Virus record (IMG/VR): IMGVR_UViG_3300020469_000029
Strand: one strand, 5' to 3'
From: an uncultured virus (IMG/VR IMGVR_UViG_3300020469_000029)
Lineage: Duplodnaviria; Heunggongvirae; Uroviricota; Caudoviricetes; Kyanoviridae
Length of the DNA stretch: 20,000 nt
Positions 17,185 through 20,000 of this stretch are shown here, one piece after another. The notes beneath the pieces were generated by a model, which saw nothing but the letters and a program-made list of their open reading frames with translations, had not been told where the DNA came from and did not search any database. A program made the position numbers and the translations under genes. The stretch's first letter is position 1, and each line of letters opens with the position of its first letter.

Positions 17185-18228
17185 ATGTCAGAAGAGAATA
17201 CTAAAACTCTGGATGAATCAAGTGTAACCGCAGGAGCAAAACCAGCAGAACCCCAAGGTAAACTTGGAGCAGATGGTAGTAGTCTCGGTGGAGTACAAGA
17301 TTTAGGTGGACCTACACCTTTCAATTCTAAACCAGATGACGATAGTAACAAGTATAAAACTATCGCTGGTGGAAATGCCCAAGCACCTACAACTAAACCA
17401 AGTGATGCTTCCGCATCTACTCAAACGTTTAGTGACAAGGGTGATGTCAAAGCAGGACACGAGCCAGAAGGCGACGTGATTGCTGAAACCCCTGCTGAAG
17501 AAAGCGTCATAGAAGTAGATTTATCTGCTGACGTTGCTGCACTTACTGAAGGTGAGAACCTATCAGAAGAATTCAAAGAGAAAGCAAAGACTATCTTTGA
17601 AGCTGCGGTAGTTTCTAAGCTAAACGAAGAACTAGACCGAATGCATGAAGACTATGCAAAGGCACTAGACACAGAAATTGAGACAGTTAAAACTGAACTC
17701 GCTGAGAAAGTTGACGACTATCTTACCTATGCTGTTGAATCTTGGATGAAGAAGAATTCTCTCCAAGTTGAAAGCGGTATTAAGGCAGAGATGGGAGAGC
17801 AAGTTCTTGCTGGTCTCAAACAAGTTTTTGTCGAGAATTACATTGATCTTCCCGACGAAAAAGTTGACCTTGTAGATGGTCTACAAGAGCAACTCAATAC
17901 TATGGAATCGAAACTCAACGAATCAATTGAAGAAAACGTTGGACTGTCTAAGGCAGTTGGCGGCTATATTAAGAATGGGATTGTGACAGAGATTGCAGAG
18001 GGCTTAAGTCTCTCTCAAAAGGAGAAACTTGTTTCTCTCGCAGAAGCTGTTGAGTTTGAAAATGAAGATGCTTTTAAAGCAAAGGTATCTACTTTACGTG
18101 AATCCTACTTTTCTACAAAGCCTGAGAAGACTACGGTCTCTGAGGATGTCCAAGTAGAAAACGCTCCCGAAGCAGGTAGTTCTATGGATGCATATTCACA
18201 GGCTATTGCTAGATGGGCAAACAAATAA
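17185..18228 (+). CDS. g22: Prohead core scaffold protein gp22
   Basis: LSEEFKEKAKTIFEAAV, KVDDYLTYAVESW and TLRESYF motifs; acidic coiled coil between g21 and g23. Confidence 0.95.
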   Translation: MSEENTKTLDESSVTAGAKPAEPQGKLGADGSSLGGVQDLGGPTPFNSKPDDDSNKYKTIAGGNAQAPTTKPSDASASTQTFSDKGDVKAGHEPEGDVIAETPAEESVIEVDLSADVAALTEGENLSEEFKEKAKTIFEAAVVSKLNEELDRMHEDYAKALDTEIETVKTELAEKVDDYLTYAVESWMKKNSLQVESGIKAEMGEQVLAGLKQVFVENYIDLPDEKVDLVDGLQEQLNTMESKLNESIEENVGLSKAVGGYIKNGIVTEIAEGLSLSQKEKLVSLAEAVEFENEDAFKAKVSTLRESYFSTKPEKTTVSEDVQVENAPEAGSSMDAYSQAIARWANK

Positions 18229-18263
18229 TCCACATTCAAAAAAAATTCGGAGTTAGTTAACTA

Positions 18264-19631
18264 ATGTTTAACGCAGAATCACTCCAAGAGAAGTGGAACC
18301 CTATTCTTGAGCATTCAGAGCTCGATCCTATTAAGGATACCTATAGAAAAGCGGTTACCTCAGTCCTCTTGGAAAACCAAGAAAAATTTCTGAAAGAAGA
18401 GCGTGGTCTCGTAACTGAAGCAGCACCTACCAACTCACTTGGTGGTACTGGATATTCAGGCGGTAGCACAGCTACAGGTCCTGTTGCAGGTTTCGACCCA
18501 GTTCTTATTTCACTTATCCGTCGTAGTATGCCTAAGCTTATTGCTTATGACATATGCGGAGTTCAACCAATGACAGGTCCTACTGGACTTATCTTTGCGA
18601 TGAGATCCACGAAGGGTACAAACAGAGACATCAACAACAGTGCAGTTGAGACATTCTTCAACGAAGTTGACTCTGAGCATTCATCTGAGAACAGTGCTAA
18701 TGGTTTAGCATCTAATACTCAGACTGGATCAAACCCAGGTCTACTTGCTGACGGTGCTGGAAACTACACCATCGGTGGTCAGGGTATGACTACTGCTCAG
18801 TCTGAAGCATTAGGCGACGCAGCTAACAACCACTTCAACGAGATGGGATTCTCGATTGAGAAGGTTACTGTTACTGCTAAGTCACGTGCTTTGAAAGCTG
18901 AGTACAGTTTAGAGCTTGCTCAAGACCTTAAGGCTGTGCATGGATTGGACGCTGAGTCTGAGCTTGCAAACATCCTATCAACAGAAGTCCTTGCTGAAAT
19001 CAACAGGGAAGTTGTTAGAACTGTTTACAAGATCGCTAGACCTGGTGCTCAAAACAATACAGCTACTGCTGGTACTTTCGACCTTGACGTTGATAGTAAT
19101 GGTAGATGGTCAGTTGAGAAATTCAAAGGATTACTCTTCCAGATCGAAAGAGATATGAATGCCATCGGGCATGAAACTCGTCGTGGGAAGGGCAACATTC
19201 TCATCTGCTCTGCTGATGTAGCATCTGCTCTCTCAATGGCTGGAGTCCTTGACTATTCATCAGGCATCAACGGTGCTGTAGGTGGACTAGGACAAGTTGA
19301 TGACAACTCATCTACTCTAGTTGGAACTCTTAACGGAAGAATCAAGGTCTATGTTGACCCTTACTCTGCAAACGTAAGTGACAATCACTTCTATGTTTCT
19401 GGATACAAAGGATCATCTGCATACGATGCTGGATTATTCTACTGCCCTTACGTGCCTCTACAAATGGTCAGAGCCGTAGGTCAGGACACCTTCCAACCAA
19501 AAATCGGGTTTAAAACTCGTTACGGAATGGTTGCTAACCCATTTGCTGAAGGTCTTACACAAGGTGTAGGTGCTCTCACAGCTAATGCTAACCGCTACTA
19601 CAGAAGGGTCAAGGTAACAAACCTAATGTAA
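18264..19631 (+). CDS. g23: Major capsid protein gp23
   Basis: LIAYDICGVQPMTGPTGLIFAMR, SRALKAEYSLELAQDLKAVHGLDAE, FYCPYVPL and FQPKIGFKTRYG motifs. Confidence 0.99.
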   Translation: MFNAESLQEKWNPILEHSELDPIKDTYRKAVTSVLLENQEKFLKEERGLVTEAAPTNSLGGTGYSGGSTATGPVAGFDPVLISLIRRSMPKLIAYDICGVQPMTGPTGLIFAMRSTKGTNRDINNSAVETFFNEVDSEHSSENSANGLASNTQTGSNPGLLADGAGNYTIGGQGMTTAQSEALGDAANNHFNEMGFSIEKVTVTAKSRALKAEYSLELAQDLKAVHGLDAESELANILSTEVLAEINREVVRTVYKIARPGAQNNTATAGTFDLDVDSNGRWSVEKFKGLLFQIERDMNAIGHETRRGKGNILICSADVASALSMAGVLDYSSGINGAVGGLGQVDDNSSTLVGTLNGRIKVYVDPYSANVSDNHFYVSGYKGSSAYDAGLFYCPYVPLQMVRAVGQDTFQPKIGFKTRYGMVANPFAEGLTQGVGALTANANRYYRRVKVTNLM

Positions 19632-19653
19632 ATCGTATCACGATATACACACC

Positions 19654-19680
19654 AAGAGACCCTGCGGGGTCTCTTTTTTT
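19654..19680 (+). terminator. Rho-independent terminator after g23
   Basis: AAGAGACCC-tgcg-GGGTCTCTT 9-bp stem ending in a 7-T run. Confidence 0.93.
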
Positions 19681-19692
19681 ATGCTAGTATAC

Positions 19693-19699
19693 CTAAATA
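19693..19699 (+). promoter_or_regulatory. Late promoter (CTAAATA) restarting transcription after the terminator
   Basis: 12 nt after the T-tract and 22 nt before ATG 19722. Confidence 0.7.
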
Positions 19700-19721
19700 T
19701 TCATGTAGAATAGGTATAGCC

Positions 19722-19886
19722 ATGAACGGTAGGCTAAGCAAAGTAGAGATGACTTCAAAACTTATGCAATTAAAACGAGAATTACACTATAAGTGTGAGA
19801 TAGGAGAGAAAGGTAGGTGGGAATGCACTGGTGCTAATGAGTATCTAAATAAGACACTCGACGTACTAGACGAATATTACATGTAA
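19722..19886 (+). CDS. 54-aa hypothetical helical protein
   Basis: Manual translation MNGRLSKVEMTSKLMQLKRELHYKCEIGEKGRWECTGANEYLNKTLDVLDEYYM; AGGT upstream. Confidence 0.75.
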   Translation: MNGRLSKVEMTSKLMQLKRELHYKCEIGEKGRWECTGANEYLNKTLDVLDEYYM

Positions 19887-19895
19887 TGCTACAAT
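19867..19895 (+). promoter_or_regulatory. sigma70-like promoter TAGACG-N17-TACAAT with extended -10 TG
   Basis: -35 at 19867-19872, TGc then TACAAT at 19890-19895, 17-nt spacer. Confidence 0.55.
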
Positions 19896-19901
19896 ATATA
19901 C

Positions 19902-20000
19902 ATGACTGAAGAAACCATCAAGAAATATACCTATACCAAAGAGGAAGTGGATAGGATGATTGCACACGCAGTTGATGTGGCAGTTGCTCAGGCACGTGCT
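19902..20000 (+). CDS. Hypothetical protein, 3' truncated
   Basis: MTEETIKKYTYTKEEVDRMIAHAVDVAVAQARA..., open to the window end. Confidence 0.65.
   Translation, partial: MTEETIKKYTYTKEEVDRMIAHAVDVAVAQARA

Noticed and set aside
210..17351. All minus-strand ORFs in the track (e.g. 6100-6570, 9453-9872, 4638-5033)
   Set aside because: Antisense shadows of well-supported + strand genes, with no recognisable motifs.
1613..19158. Alternate-frame + strand ORFs (1613, 3376, 4708, 6609, 9376, 18916)
   Set aside because: Nested in longer, better-supported genes; their sequences look like off-frame translations.
9084..19631. Introns or inteins in g17, g20 and g23
   Set aside because: The frames are uninterrupted, lengths are normal and no intein splice motifs are seen.
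19632..19644. Small inverted repeat ATCGT-atc-ACGAT before the terminator
   Set aside because: A weak 5-bp stem; the adjacent 9-bp hairpin already explains termination.

Overview
This is the virion morphogenesis core of a T4-like myovirus, most resembling marine cyanophages (inferred from gene order, protein style and NATAAATA/CTAAATA late-promoter motifs). All genes are on the + strand: a 5'-truncated repeat-rich fibre gene, then g13, g14, g15, g16, a ~4 kb accessory block, g17, a Zn-ribbon ORF, g18, g19, g20, an acidic small ORF, g21, g22, g23, a terminator and two small ORFs. The most interesting element lies in the accessory block between the two terminase genes. It is a ~580-aa Lys-rich protein that looks like a gp21-processed, capsid-packaged polyprotein. 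It carries two internal copies of a T4 capsid-targeting-like motif, and its last module has the motif pattern of the T3 SAMase/Svi3-3 SAM-lyase family. This suggests a virion-delivered anti-defence enzyme (inference). Several plausible small ORFs (<60 aa) missing from the supplied ORF track were read manually. All family assignments come from motif recognition and synteny, without database searches.
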